Origin: Spirochaetia bacterium
GTDB taxonomy: Bacteria; Spirochaetota; Spirochaetia; CADAEX01
Length of the DNA: 62,288 nucleotides
Direction of reading: 5' to 3'
Assembly: GCA_017535435.1 (NCBI GenBank)
Contig: JAFXTY010000029.1
Coordinates: forward strand, 1 to 62,288
A program made the position numbers and the translations under genes. Under the pieces are notes generated by a model, which was given only the letters and a program-made list of their open reading frames with translations, had not been told where the DNA came from and made no database searches. Below are positions 1 through 8,944 of this stretch, in pieces. Positions within the stretch are counted from its first letter, which is position 1, and the number at the start of each line of letters is the position of its first letter.

Positions 1-1030
1 CGCTTTCGATAAGCATGGAGCCGTAACCGATAGCCTTGGCGTTCTTCTCGTTGTCCAGCTGCTTAGATGTGGTTCCTGTTGCGATAAGGGAGTGGAAGCC
101 TGAGCAGGCACCGCATGCTACTGTGATGAACAGAGCAGGGAACATAGGTCCTATCTTTGTGCTCCAGCCTGTGAAGGCAGGAAGCTCAAATGTTGCATTG
201 CCTGTGAATGCAGTCATCAGTATACCGATGAGAGCCAGACCCATCATGCCGTACAGCAGGAAGCTGGAGAGGTAGTCACGGGGCTGGAGAAGAACCCATA
301 CAGGAACCAGAGATGCGATTGTGATATATGCACCGATGAAGATGATCCATGATGTTCTGCTCATTGCGAATCCGATATTAAGGCCCAGGATGACGGCTAA
401 TACAATTCCGACAAGACATACGATTGTCGCAGGGAGTATTCCCCAGTTGAGCCGGTTGGTAAGGTATCCGTATACAATGGCCAGTACTATGAACAGCAGT
501 GATATCATGGCGGTGGACTGCTGTCCTGTAGGATTGAAGACAACTCCGAATCTTCCGTCATTGGAAAGGAATGTGCTGGCAACAACGTTTACGAATGAAG
601 CGATTACCAGAATAAGTACCAGGAGGGCAAATATAATGAACAGTCTCTTGCTTGTCTTGCCCATGGATGCTTTGATGATCTCTCCTACAGATTTACCATC
701 GTTACGGGCAGAGGCAAAGAGAGAACCGAAGTCCTGAAGTCCTCCGAAGAATATACCGCCCAGTACGCACCACAGGAATACTGGCACCCAGCCGAATACT
801 GCAGCCAGGATAGGACCGTTGATAGGACCTGCGCCTGCTATTGATGAGAAGTGGTGTCCCATCAGTACAACCGGTTTTGCGGCAACATAATCCATTCCAT
901 CTGCCTTGACCTGGGCAGGTGTCTGTCTTTTTGGGTCAATTCCCCACTGCTTTGCAAGCCATGAGCCATAGAACACATAACCTATTAAAAGCAGTACAAT
1001 TGCAGCAATAATTATAAGTAATGCAGTCAT
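1..1030 (-). CDS. cstA: Carbon starvation protein A family peptide/pyruvate transporter (5' part; runs off the window)
   Basis: Manual translation from the ATG at 1030 gives MTALLIIIAAIVLLLIGYVFYGSWLAKQWGIDPKRQTPA...DYV...VLMGHHFSSIAGAGPINGPILAAVFGW, the CstA signature. RBS GGAGGG lies upstream. Confidence 0.93.
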   Translation of the reverse strand, partial: MTALLIIIAAIVLLLIGYVFYGSWLAKQWGIDPKRQTPAQVKADGMDYVAAKPVVLMGHHFSSIAGAGPINGPILAAVFGWVPVFLWCVLGGIFFGGLQDFGSLFASARNDGKSVGEIIKASMGKTSKRLFIIFALLVLILVIASFVNVVASTFLSNDGRFGVVFNPTGQQSTAMISLLFIVLAIVYGYLTNRLNWGILPATIVCLVGIVLAVILGLNIGFAMSRTSWIIFIGAYITIASLVPVWVLLQPRDYLSSFLLYGMMGLALIGILMTAFTGNATFELPAFTGWSTKIGPMFPALFITVACGACSGFHSLIATGTTSKQLDNEKNAKAIGYGSMLIES

Positions 1031-1052
1031 ATTCCCTCCTTTTAGGAATTCT

Positions 1053-1553
1053 TTATAAAGTGCTTATGACTTTCTTAAGGCTTTTGCCCGCTCTGTTGCA
1101 GGCAACACGGCCTGAAGAAACCTCATAAGCCAACAACCTGAAATTGCTCCAGCCATGCAGGCTGAACCTGTAGGATTTGGAACGTTTAATCTTGCTGACC
1201 TTTCTGAAAGCTGTCTCTTCTATATTATCTGCAATGATGATGAGGGCTACATCGGAATTCCTGTGGCCAGGTCCAGGCTGAACCCGGGAAAGCCCTTCCT
1301 TCCATGCTTCATCCTCCAGTTCTGCAAGACGGTCAGATGTAAGATTATCCTCCTCTGCAAAAAAGACATATTCATGGGAATCGATATCTGCAATATGGGC
1401 AGCGCGGGTAAGAAAATATTGCTCGGAATGGGAATGGAACTCTGCTTCTGCCGCAAAGGGTCCGGAAGCATCAGTTCCTGGTTCTCCTGCCTTTACATTG
1501 TAATAACGTTCGAACGAATGTAAAAGGGTCTTTAAGACACCATTTTTTTCCAT
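1053..1553 (-). CDS. Conserved hypothetical protein (166 aa)
   Basis: Intact ORF directly upstream of cstA on the same strand; no recognisable motif. Confidence 0.7.
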   Translation of the reverse strand: MEKNGVLKTLLHSFERYYNVKAGEPGTDASGPFAAEAEFHSHSEQYFLTRAAHIADIDSHEYVFFAEEDNLTSDRLAELEDEAWKEGLSRVQPGPGHRNSDVALIIIADNIEETAFRKVSKIKRSKSYRFSLHGWSNFRLLAYEVSSGRVACNRAGKSLKKVISTL

Positions 1554-1689
1554 ATTTGCTGGATAAATTCTGTGTCATTTTCTATAGGATTGTCAAGAAA
1601 AAAACAAAAAATAACAATTTTTTAATGTTAGTTTATATTGACAACAGATTCTGTTTGGGTGTAGAAAAAAATAACAAAACCTATTAAAG

Positions 1690-1956
1690 GCTACGAAGGG
1701 AACAAGTAGCCTCCAAGGATACTGAAAAGAGAGCTGCCGGGTGGTGAGAGGCGCACAGTTACTGGAGGTGAATACATCCCGGAGCTGCGTATCGAAACTT
1801 TAAAGGAGTAGGTTACGACGGGTGTGCCCGTTACAGCGCAAGGGTATAACCACACGTTGTGTGACGTACCTGAAGAGATTGCCACTGCGAGGTGGTGATG
1901 AATAGAGGTGGTACCGCGGAATTATCCGCCCTCTTGATCGGGGGGCGTTTTTTTTT
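1690..1956 (+). promoter_or_regulatory. T-box riboswitch leader, specifier UAC (Tyr)
   Basis: Stem I has AGUA (1705-1708), AGAGA/GGUG distal motifs, a CCUCCA/UGGAGG helix and specifier loop GAA-UAC-A (UAC at 1773-1775). T-box AATAGAGGTGGTACCGCG is at 1901-1918; the terminator at 1927-1956. Confidence 0.9.
1927..1956 (+). terminator. Intrinsic terminator of the T-box leader
   Basis: CGCCCTC-loop-GGGGGCG hairpin followed by 9 T, immediately 3' of the T-box sequence. Confidence 0.88.
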
Positions 1957-2009
1957 GCCCTGACGCTGACGCCCTCCGAAATGCAGACTTTGTATGAAGG
2001 AGGAAATGT

Positions 2010-3593
2010 ATGAATGCAAAAGTTGCAAGCGTCATTATGCTGCTGGTCTTCTTTGCTGTGATGATCGCCGTAGGTTTCATCACCAGAAAAAGAGCAGCTT
2101 CTGTGGATGGATTTGTTCTGGGAGGGCGCACAGCCGGCCCGTGGATTACGGCATTTGCCTTTGGTACCTCTTATTTCTCGGCAGTTATTTTTGTAGGATA
2201 TGCAGGACAGTTCGGATGGAACTTCGGTCTCTCCAGCACCTGGGCCGGATTGGGAAACGCCTTTATCGGCTCTCTTCTGGCATGGAACATACTGGGACGG
2301 CGCACCCGTATCATGACCCAGCACATCGATGCCAAGACCATGCCGGACTTTTTCGGCAAGCGGTTTGACTCTGTCCCTATGAAGGTGGTGGCATCTGTCA
2401 TTGTCTTCATCTTCCTTATTCCTTACACATCATCTCTGTACAATGGTCTCTCCAGCCTCTTCGGACTGGTGTTCCATATGCCGTACTGGGTGGTGATCGT
2501 GATGATGGCAGCCCTCACCGGTATCTACGTAATCTTCGGCGGCTACATGGCTACAGCTATCAACGACTTTATCCAGGGAATAATCATGCTCTTCGGTATC
2601 TGCGCTGTAATCGGCTCTGTACTCAGTGCCAACGGCGGCCTGCTGGCTGCTACCCAGGCTCTTTCTGCTGTAGAGGCCAAAGGCTGGGCAGGTGGTGCCT
2701 TCACATCATTCCTGGGACCGGATCCTCTGGCGCTCCTCTTTGTAGTGCTCCTTACATCTCTGGGTACCTGGGGATTGCCTCAGATGGTCAACAAATTCTA
2801 CGCCATCAAGAGCGAGGATGATATCCAGAAGGGAACTATAATCTCAACTCTGTTCGCTATTGTTGTTGCAGGCGGATGTTACTTCCTTGGCGGCTTCGGA
2901 CGGCTCTATGCTGATAAGATCATGTACCAGAAAAACGGAGTCACACCTCTGTTCGATACAATTGTTCCGGCAATGCTTGCAACCCTGCCGGCACTGGTCA
3001 TCGCAGTAGTCATTGTACTGGTGCTCTCTGCCTCCATGTCCACACTCTCTTCTCTGGTGCTCACATCCAGCTCCACATTCACACTGGATGTTATCGAACC
3101 TCTCTCCAAGAACAAGATGGGAGAGAAGAAGAAAGTCTCCATCATGCGGGTGTTCATCGTGTTCTTCATCGTTATCTCAGCATACATTGCAATCATAAAG
3201 GATGCTCATCCTGAAATCACATTCATAGCCCAGATGATGGGTGTTTCCTGGGGTGCTCTGGCAGGATCATTCCTGGCTCCGTTCCTCTATGGTCTGTACT
3301 GGAAGGGAACTTCCCGGGCTGCCTGCTATGTCTCATTCGTTTTCGGTTGCGGTCTTATGATAATCCAGATGTGGGTTTCCCTGGGCGGCGTCGATATCTC
3401 AGGCTGGGCTCCTGTCTGCCGCTACCTCTTCGCCTCCTCTGTCCGCTCCGGTGTCATCGCTATGGTGGGCGGTCTGGTGATTGTGCCGGTAGTCAGCATG
3501 TTCACAAAGAAGCAGGATTCTGCACAGCTGGACAAGCTTTTCTCCTGCTACGAGGAGAAGGTTACTGTTGCCAAGAAAGAGGCATTGGACTGA
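2010..3593 (+). CDS. Sodium:solute symporter (SSS/PutP-like)
   Basis: About 13 hydrophobic segments; motifs GFVLGGR..GPW..AF...TSYFSA..FVGYAG, T.PDFFGKRF, GLPQMVNKFY and SASMSTLSS. RBS GGAGGA. Confidence 0.92.
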   Translation: MNAKVASVIMLLVFFAVMIAVGFITRKRAASVDGFVLGGRTAGPWITAFAFGTSYFSAVIFVGYAGQFGWNFGLSSTWAGLGNAFIGSLLAWNILGRRTRIMTQHIDAKTMPDFFGKRFDSVPMKVVASVIVFIFLIPYTSSLYNGLSSLFGLVFHMPYWVVIVMMAALTGIYVIFGGYMATAINDFIQGIIMLFGICAVIGSVLSANGGLLAATQALSAVEAKGWAGGAFTSFLGPDPLALLFVVLLTSLGTWGLPQMVNKFYAIKSEDDIQKGTIISTLFAIVVAGGCYFLGGFGRLYADKIMYQKNGVTPLFDTIVPAMLATLPALVIAVVIVLVLSASMSTLSSLVLTSSSTFTLDVIEPLSKNKMGEKKKVSIMRVFIVFFIVISAYIAIIKDAHPEITFIAQMMGVSWGALAGSFLAPFLYGLYWKGTSRAACYVSFVFGCGLMIIQMWVSLGGVDISGWAPVCRYLFASSVRSGVIAMVGGLVIVPVVSMFTKKQDSAQLDKLFSCYEEKVTVAKKEALD

Positions 3594-3622
3594 TTGTAAA
3601 AAAGGGGCTGTTGTTATATACT
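3594..3622 (+). promoter_or_regulatory. Sigma70-type promoter for the downstream ligase-like gene
   Basis: TTGTAA (3594-3599), 17-nt spacer, TATACT (3617-3622). Confidence 0.55.
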
Positions 3623-3674
3623 TTTCCCGTTGCACAGGGTGCAGCATTTTGAATTTTGCATAAGGGGTGTTCTT

Positions 3675-4868
3675 ATGAGTAGAATGGTTGGAACTGTTTC
3701 TAGAGGTCTTCGTGCCCCTATTATCCGCGAAGGTGATGATCTGGTGAAAATTGTCACAGAGACTGTTCTTGAGGCTTCTAAACAGGATGGATTTGCGGTC
3801 AGGGACCGTGATGTTGTGGCTATGACCGAGGCTATTGTGGCCCGGGCACAGGGTAACTATGCAACTGTTGCCGATATAGAGGCCGATGTGAAGGCTAAGC
3901 TGGGCGGCGGTACAATTGGAGTTGTATTCCCGATTATGAGCCGCAACCGTTTTGCAATCTGTCTCCGGGGTATCGCATCCGGTGCCAAGAAAGTTATTGT
4001 TCAGCTTTCCTATCCTTCTGATGAGGTGGGAAACCATCTTATTGATGACGATCTGGTTGAGGCAAAGGGGGTTGATCCATATACTGACGTGCTTGATGAA
4101 AAAAAGTACCGCCAGCTTTTCGGATACACAAAGCATCAGTTCACCGGTGTTGACTACATCGATTATTATAAGCAGCTGATCACAGAGAGCGGCGCCGAGG
4201 CAGAGGTTATCTTTGCCAACAATCCAAAGGCAATCCTCAGCTACACAAAGAATGTTATCTGCGCCGATATCCACACAAGAGCCCGGACAAAGCGCCTTGT
4301 AAAGGCAGCTGGCGGAGAGCGGGTATTCGGACTGGACGAGATTATGAACGCTCCTGTAAATGGCAGCGGATGCAACGAGAAGTACGGACTTCTGGGTTCC
4401 AACAAGGCTACAGAGGATAAGGTGAAGCTGTTCCCGAGAGCATGCCAGAACCTGGTTGAGGATATCCAGAAAGCTCTGTTCAAGGCTACCGGAAAGAATG
4501 TTGAAGTCATGGTTTATGGTGACGGCGCATTCAAGGATCCTGTAGGAAAGATCTGGGAGCTGGCAGACCCTGTGGTATCTCCGGCTCATACAGCAGGTCT
4601 TGCTGGCACACCTAATGAGCTTAAGCTCAAATACCTGGCAGACAACGACTTTGCTGCCCTTGATGGAGATGCTCTTAAAGAGGCTATCAAGGAAGAGATC
4701 CGGAAAAAGGATGGCAACCTGGTGGGCAAGATGGTTTCCGAGGGAACCACTCCACGGCAGCTTACAGACCTTCTTGGATCCCTCTGCGACCTTACTTCCG
4801 GTTCTGGTGACAAGGGAACTCCTATAGTTTACATCCAGGGTTATTTTGACAACTATACTACCGAGTAA
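3675..4868 (+). CDS. Coenzyme F420:L-glutamate ligase-like protein (Clostridia-type)
   Basis: MSRMVGTVSRGLRAPIIREGDDL...DRDVVAMTEAIVARAQGN and C-terminal DLLGSLCDLTSGSGDKGTPIV match CofE-like motifs. Start placed at ATG 3675 after TAAGGGG. Confidence 0.75.
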   Translation: MSRMVGTVSRGLRAPIIREGDDLVKIVTETVLEASKQDGFAVRDRDVVAMTEAIVARAQGNYATVADIEADVKAKLGGGTIGVVFPIMSRNRFAICLRGIASGAKKVIVQLSYPSDEVGNHLIDDDLVEAKGVDPYTDVLDEKKYRQLFGYTKHQFTGVDYIDYYKQLITESGAEAEVIFANNPKAILSYTKNVICADIHTRARTKRLVKAAGGERVFGLDEIMNAPVNGSGCNEKYGLLGSNKATEDKVKLFPRACQNLVEDIQKALFKATGKNVEVMVYGDGAFKDPVGKIWELADPVVSPAHTAGLAGTPNELKLKYLADNDFAALDGDALKEAIKEEIRKKDGNLVGKMVSEGTTPRQLTDLLGSLCDLTSGSGDKGTPIVYIQGYFDNYTTE

Positions 4869-6063
4869 AAAGGCCCAGCGCCTCTGCACGCGCCTGATGG
4901 CTGCCCTTGACAGCGGGGAGGAGAAGCTCCCCCTGGAGGGGGAAGGGAAGATGCTGGGCATCTTGGCCTGCGACGATGCAGAAGGAAACAGGGTAGTACT
5001 CAAAGCTTTTTCAGGGCAGGTTGGCGGCCAGTGGGTTATCCCAGGCTGGTGCGAGCCTGCCTTTTCTGTTTCTGAATATAATGCAATTCTCGAAGAGACT
5101 GACCGGCAGGTTAAGCAGCTGACCGGGGCAGGCGAGGTGAGCCGGGGCGTTTCGGCCGAGGCCATGCGGCGCCTCTTTGGCCTTTACCGGATCCACTGCA
5201 TAGACGGCTCGGTAAAGACTTATCATGAGATTTTCGGTGATGTCATGCCACCCTCCGGCACCGGGGACTGTGCCACTATAAAGCTTTTAAACTGTGCTTT
5301 CAAGAATCACCTGAAGCCAATAAGCATGGCCGAGTTCTTCTACGGCGCCCCCAACCCATCTGCAACCAGGGAGCCCTGCCAGTTCTACCCACCCTGCGAA
5401 GAGAAATGCAGGCCCCTCCTCAAGGAGATGCTGGGACTGGATATCCTCTACCTGGATCAGGAGATAGTTGTAGTTAACAAACCGGCAGGGCTCCTGTCGG
5501 TGCCCGGAAGGGGAGAGGACAAGCAGGACTGCGTTGTAAACCGTGTGAAAAGGCTATATCCCGACTGCATCGACAACCCTTCCGTGCACCGGCTGGATAT
5601 GGACACCTCCGGCATACTGGTGCTGGCCCTGACCAAGGAGAGCCACCGCTTCCTCTCAATGGAGTTTGAGAGCAGGCATGTCCACAAGAATTATACAGCC
5701 CTTCTGGATGGCATTCTGCGAAGCTCAGGTGGCGCAATGGCTCTTCCCTTCCGTCTGGATCCGGACAACAGACCCTACCAGGTCTACGACCCGGTTCATG
5801 GCAGGTTGTGCATCACTTTGTGGAAGAGACTTTCTGTATATGATGGCAAAACTCTGGTTGAATTCACACCTCTCACCGGCCGCACCCATCAGCTCCGGGT
5901 ATCATCAGCATCTCCAAAGGGCCTGGGAATCCCCATAGTTGGTGACCGGCTCTATGGCACAAGGAAAGAGGGGCAGCGGCTTATGCTCCATGCAGGATAC
6001 ATAAGCTTTACCCATCCCTGGTCAAAAGAGAAAATAGAATTTAAAGTAGATGCGCCCTTTTAA
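4846..6063 (+). CDS. RluA-family pseudouridine synthase with N-terminal extension
   Basis: VVNKPAGLLSVPG, catalytic VHRLDMDTSG and PLTGRTHQLRV, GIPIVGDRLYG. Exact start uncertain. Confidence 0.92.
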   Translation: MTTILPSKKAQRLCTRLMAALDSGEEKLPLEGEGKMLGILACDDAEGNRVVLKAFSGQVGGQWVIPGWCEPAFSVSEYNAILEETDRQVKQLTGAGEVSRGVSAEAMRRLFGLYRIHCIDGSVKTYHEIFGDVMPPSGTGDCATIKLLNCAFKNHLKPISMAEFFYGAPNPSATREPCQFYPPCEEKCRPLLKEMLGLDILYLDQEIVVVNKPAGLLSVPGRGEDKQDCVVNRVKRLYPDCIDNPSVHRLDMDTSGILVLALTKESHRFLSMEFESRHVHKNYTALLDGILRSSGGAMALPFRLDPDNRPYQVYDPVHGRLCITLWKRLSVYDGKTLVEFTPLTGRTHQLRVSSASPKGLGIPIVGDRLYGTRKEGQRLMLHAGYISFTHPWSKEKIEFKVDAPF

Positions 6064-7499
6064 ATCTTGTCGATAAGAATGGAGCACTTGCCGGAAGGAA
6101 TAGGCAGCCGCTTCTTCTGCCCTCCCAGAATATTGATGGTGAAGTAGTAGAGCTTCTCAGACTCCATGCGCACTTCCCAGCCCCGTCCGCTCTTGTTCAC
6201 AAGTATAGTGATCATGTTCCGCTTAAGGGAGAGATCCTGAATTCCCATGATCTCCAGAAGCGGGATGATCCAGTCTACAGTTTTCCGCGGCAGGCTTATA
6301 TCCAGGCCGATCACATTCTCTATCATCAGGGTGATGGTGGAGAGGGCGGCGTAGGAGAGGAAGTTCTTCCGGGGGAAGTTCTTTTTACCCTCCCATTTAG
6401 AAGGAACTCCTGTTATAGGCGAGTAGGCCTCATACAGATCTCCAGGCTTGTTCCCGTCCGGGTTCAGGGCATCAAGCATAAAATAGAGGTGCCGGATAGC
6501 ACATTCCCGGGCAAACTCGTGTCTGTCATATTTTTCAAGACCCTTTATCACCATGAAGGTCAGGTGTGGATATACAGAGCCGCAGAATCCTTTTCCATTG
6601 GGGTTATAAGCCTTTGAATCGGTGGAAAGGGATGGGAACGGGTTCTCTGTGTTGAAGGGGCCGTCCATCAGCTTCTGAACCAGGGCCTCCACCTTGTCCT
6701 CGCTTGGGATCTGGGCCAGCATTGTCCAGTAGGAAGCCAGAGTCTTCACCTTGACCTTTTCCTCACTCCGGTTCAGGTCATAATAGAACTGATCCTTCTC
6801 ATCCCACATGAGGGAATCAATACGGGTCTTCAGAGAGTAATATTTTTTCTTATATTTGAAGCTTACTTCTTTGTCATTCAGAATATCGCCTATGGCAGAC
6901 ATATAATAGGCGTTAAGAGCCATCTGAGAGTTGAAATCGATCAAATAAGCTGCTTTATCCCTGGGAGAATTATCCATCTGAGCCACTGACAGCGGTGTCT
7001 TGAACAGCCCGTTCTTCTGCTGGAACTTGCTTTCAATCCACTCATAATATCTCTCAAGGACAGGAATTACTTCTTTAAGTCGTTTCTTAATACCTACCTT
7101 GTGATAAATATTGAATTCTGCCCATGCGAACAGAGGAGGGAACAGACATTCCGGATTGTCCCTGGGGAACACGGCCTTTCCGTCAGCCTCGTTGTAAATA
7201 CCGCGGATAGCGCCTGAGTCTTCCTGCTTGTTATAGAAATTGTCCAGCGCTGGAGCAGGTGAATAAGTTGAATTGCTGTAAACGAGGAAGAATGTGGAAA
7301 GACATGCCTCGTACTGATTTATGGTTGTACTTTCGGGATAACAGTAGTATTTGTTCTGGAACCCGTTTTTCTTATTTCCTTTTTTCCAGAAATCTCCAAG
7401 CCACAGCCATGTTTTGTTGTAAATGTCCACGAAGTCCTGATCATAGAAGTGGATAACCGGAAAACCTGTTTTAATCACTTTAACTCCCTTTTGCCACAA
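6060..7499 (-). CDS. MGH1/GH63-like (alpha/alpha)6 glycoside hydrolase
   Basis: Motifs QMDNSPR, DFNSQMA, MWDEKDQFYYD and KTLASYWTM are typical of the trehalase/GH63 clan. Confidence 0.7.
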   Translation of the reverse strand: MWQKGVKVIKTGFPVIHFYDQDFVDIYNKTWLWLGDFWKKGNKKNGFQNKYYCYPESTTINQYEACLSTFFLVYSNSTYSPAPALDNFYNKQEDSGAIRGIYNEADGKAVFPRDNPECLFPPLFAWAEFNIYHKVGIKKRLKEVIPVLERYYEWIESKFQQKNGLFKTPLSVAQMDNSPRDKAAYLIDFNSQMALNAYYMSAIGDILNDKEVSFKYKKKYYSLKTRIDSLMWDEKDQFYYDLNRSEEKVKVKTLASYWTMLAQIPSEDKVEALVQKLMDGPFNTENPFPSLSTDSKAYNPNGKGFCGSVYPHLTFMVIKGLEKYDRHEFARECAIRHLYFMLDALNPDGNKPGDLYEAYSPITGVPSKWEGKKNFPRKNFLSYAALSTITLMIENVIGLDISLPRKTVDWIIPLLEIMGIQDLSLKRNMITILVNKSGRGWEVRMESEKLYYFTINILGGQKKRLPIPSGKCSILIDKI

Positions 7500-7614
7500 G
7501 AGAAACTATAATTAGTTATATGCTTTAACTATATTACACCCATTATCTTTAATCTGTCAAATTTTTTTATAATTTTTTATTGACATTTTGTTATTAACTA
7601 CATAATTTGCAGAT

Positions 7615-7968
7615 ATGACTACTGCTGATTTTGCTGAGAAAGTGCTTGAAATCGACCCGGAAACCTTGAAAAAACGGAATATTTTCATCAAGTTTATCGT
7701 GGCCGATGGGAAGGTGATATTCGATCCAGAGCTCTTCGTGTACTTCGAGAAGCACTATGGAGAGGAGAGCCTGTATCACAAGGATATTGCCGGTGCCCAT
7801 AACATAGACCTGAGCAAGGTCCAGGGCGGTGCCTTCGTCGGAGTGGGTGAGGATGAGGTGAAGGTGGCAGGCTACAGCACCCAGTTCGGCGGGGTTGAGG
7901 ACTATAAGGACGTGGTCCGTTCATATTTTGAGTCCTATTTTGACTGCCCTGTGGCAGTGGAGGTCTGA
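7615..7968 (+). CDS. Janus/Ocnus (PHPT1)-like protein, putative phosphohistidine phosphatase
   Basis: FIKF, YHKDI, QGGAFV and VKVAGYSTQFG align with human PHPT1 VFKY, YHADI, LGGGRI and IHVYGYSMAYG (comparison from memory). Confidence 0.6.
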   Translation: MTTADFAEKVLEIDPETLKKRNIFIKFIVADGKVIFDPELFVYFEKHYGEESLYHKDIAGAHNIDLSKVQGGAFVGVGEDEVKVAGYSTQFGGVEDYKDVVRSYFESYFDCPVAVEV

Positions 7969-7969
7969 T

Positions 7970-8941
7970 TTGGAGTTCAAGGATCCGGCTGTGAAGGCCA
8001 GAGTGGAGCAGGCAGGTAAGCTTACCAAAAAGATTTTCGGAAACAAGGTATATATCCGGGGAATAATAGAGTTCTCCAACTGCTGCCGCAAGAACTGCAA
8101 CTACTGCGGCATACGCAGGGGCAACACCAGCGTAGTCCGCTATCAGATGAGCCCCGATGAGATTGTGGCCAAGGCAGAAGAGAACCTGAAACATGGAATC
8201 AAGACCATAGTGCTCCAGTCTGGGGAAGACCTTTCCTATACCAAGGACGTTCTTGTAAATATTATAAAACGTATCAAGGCACTGGACCCGGAGTGTGCCA
8301 TAACCCTGTCCATCGGGGAGCGGACCGAGGAAGAATACAAGGCCTTCAAAGATGCAGGGGCCGACCGGTTTCTGATGCGGTTTGAGACTGCAGACCGGGC
8401 TCTGTTCAAAAGCCTCCATCCGGACGACGACTACGATTATCGTATTGAAGCTATAAAAACTCTGCAGAGGCTGGGCTACGAGACAGGAAGCGGCTTTATG
8501 TTCGGCATCCCCGGGGAGGCCCCGGATGCAGATGACCATAACATAGCCCTGCTCAAGGAGCTGGGGGTGGCCATGGTGGGGTGCGGCCCCTTCATCCCGG
8601 CGGAAAGAACCCCCATGGAGGGTTCCGGTATCCATGCCGACCTGGAGCGGTGCCTGGATATCTATGCCAAGATCCGGCTTGCAATGCCGGAGGTGAACAT
8701 TGCGGCAGCCACCGCCCTGGACGCCATGGATAAGGGAGCGCGGAAGCTCTCCCTCTCCGCCGGTGCCAACGTAGTGATGCCGAACACCACCCCAGCTGAG
8801 TACAAAGACAATTATTCTATTTACGAGCGGAAAGGCAAGCTGGATGATGCCATCGCAGATGCCAAGAAATTAGGTGCTGAACTGGAAAAGCTGGGGTACA
8901 CCCCGCTGTGGAACCAGCGGGGCGACTCCAGAGTGAAGTAG
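7970..8941 (+). CDS. hydE: [FeFe]-hydrogenase maturase HydE-like radical SAM protein
   Basis: YIRGIIEFSNCCRKNCNYCGIR (CxxxCxxC), TIVLQSGED, RFETAD, GPFIP, GANVVMPNTTP and C-terminal YSIY. Likely TTG start at 7970, 1 nt after the upstream stop. Confidence 0.82.
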   Translation: MEFKDPAVKARVEQAGKLTKKIFGNKVYIRGIIEFSNCCRKNCNYCGIRRGNTSVVRYQMSPDEIVAKAEENLKHGIKTIVLQSGEDLSYTKDVLVNIIKRIKALDPECAITLSIGERTEEEYKAFKDAGADRFLMRFETADRALFKSLHPDDDYDYRIEAIKTLQRLGYETGSGFMFGIPGEAPDADDHNIALLKELGVAMVGCGPFIPAERTPMEGSGIHADLERCLDIYAKIRLAMPEVNIAAATALDAMDKGARKLSLSAGANVVMPNTTPAEYKDNYSIYERKGKLDDAIADAKKLGAELEKLGYTPLWNQRGDSRVK

Positions 8942-8944
8942 AAT

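Noticed and set aside
1643-1655. Palindrome AACAGATTCTGTT in the T-box promoter spacer
   Set aside because: Only 6-bp arms, a single instance and no cognate regulator nearby; likely chance.
3399-5165. Long antisense ORFs (also 7694-8635, 10116-11222, 51924-53129, 57136-57999)
   Set aside because: They are shadows opposite well-supported genes with GC-biased codon usage, and carry no motifs or RBS.
7588-7605. Rex site upstream of the PHPT1-like/hydE unit (TTGTTATTAACTACATAA)
   Set aside because: Four mismatches to the TTGTTAA-N4-TTAACAA form; not distinguishable from AT-rich promoter background.
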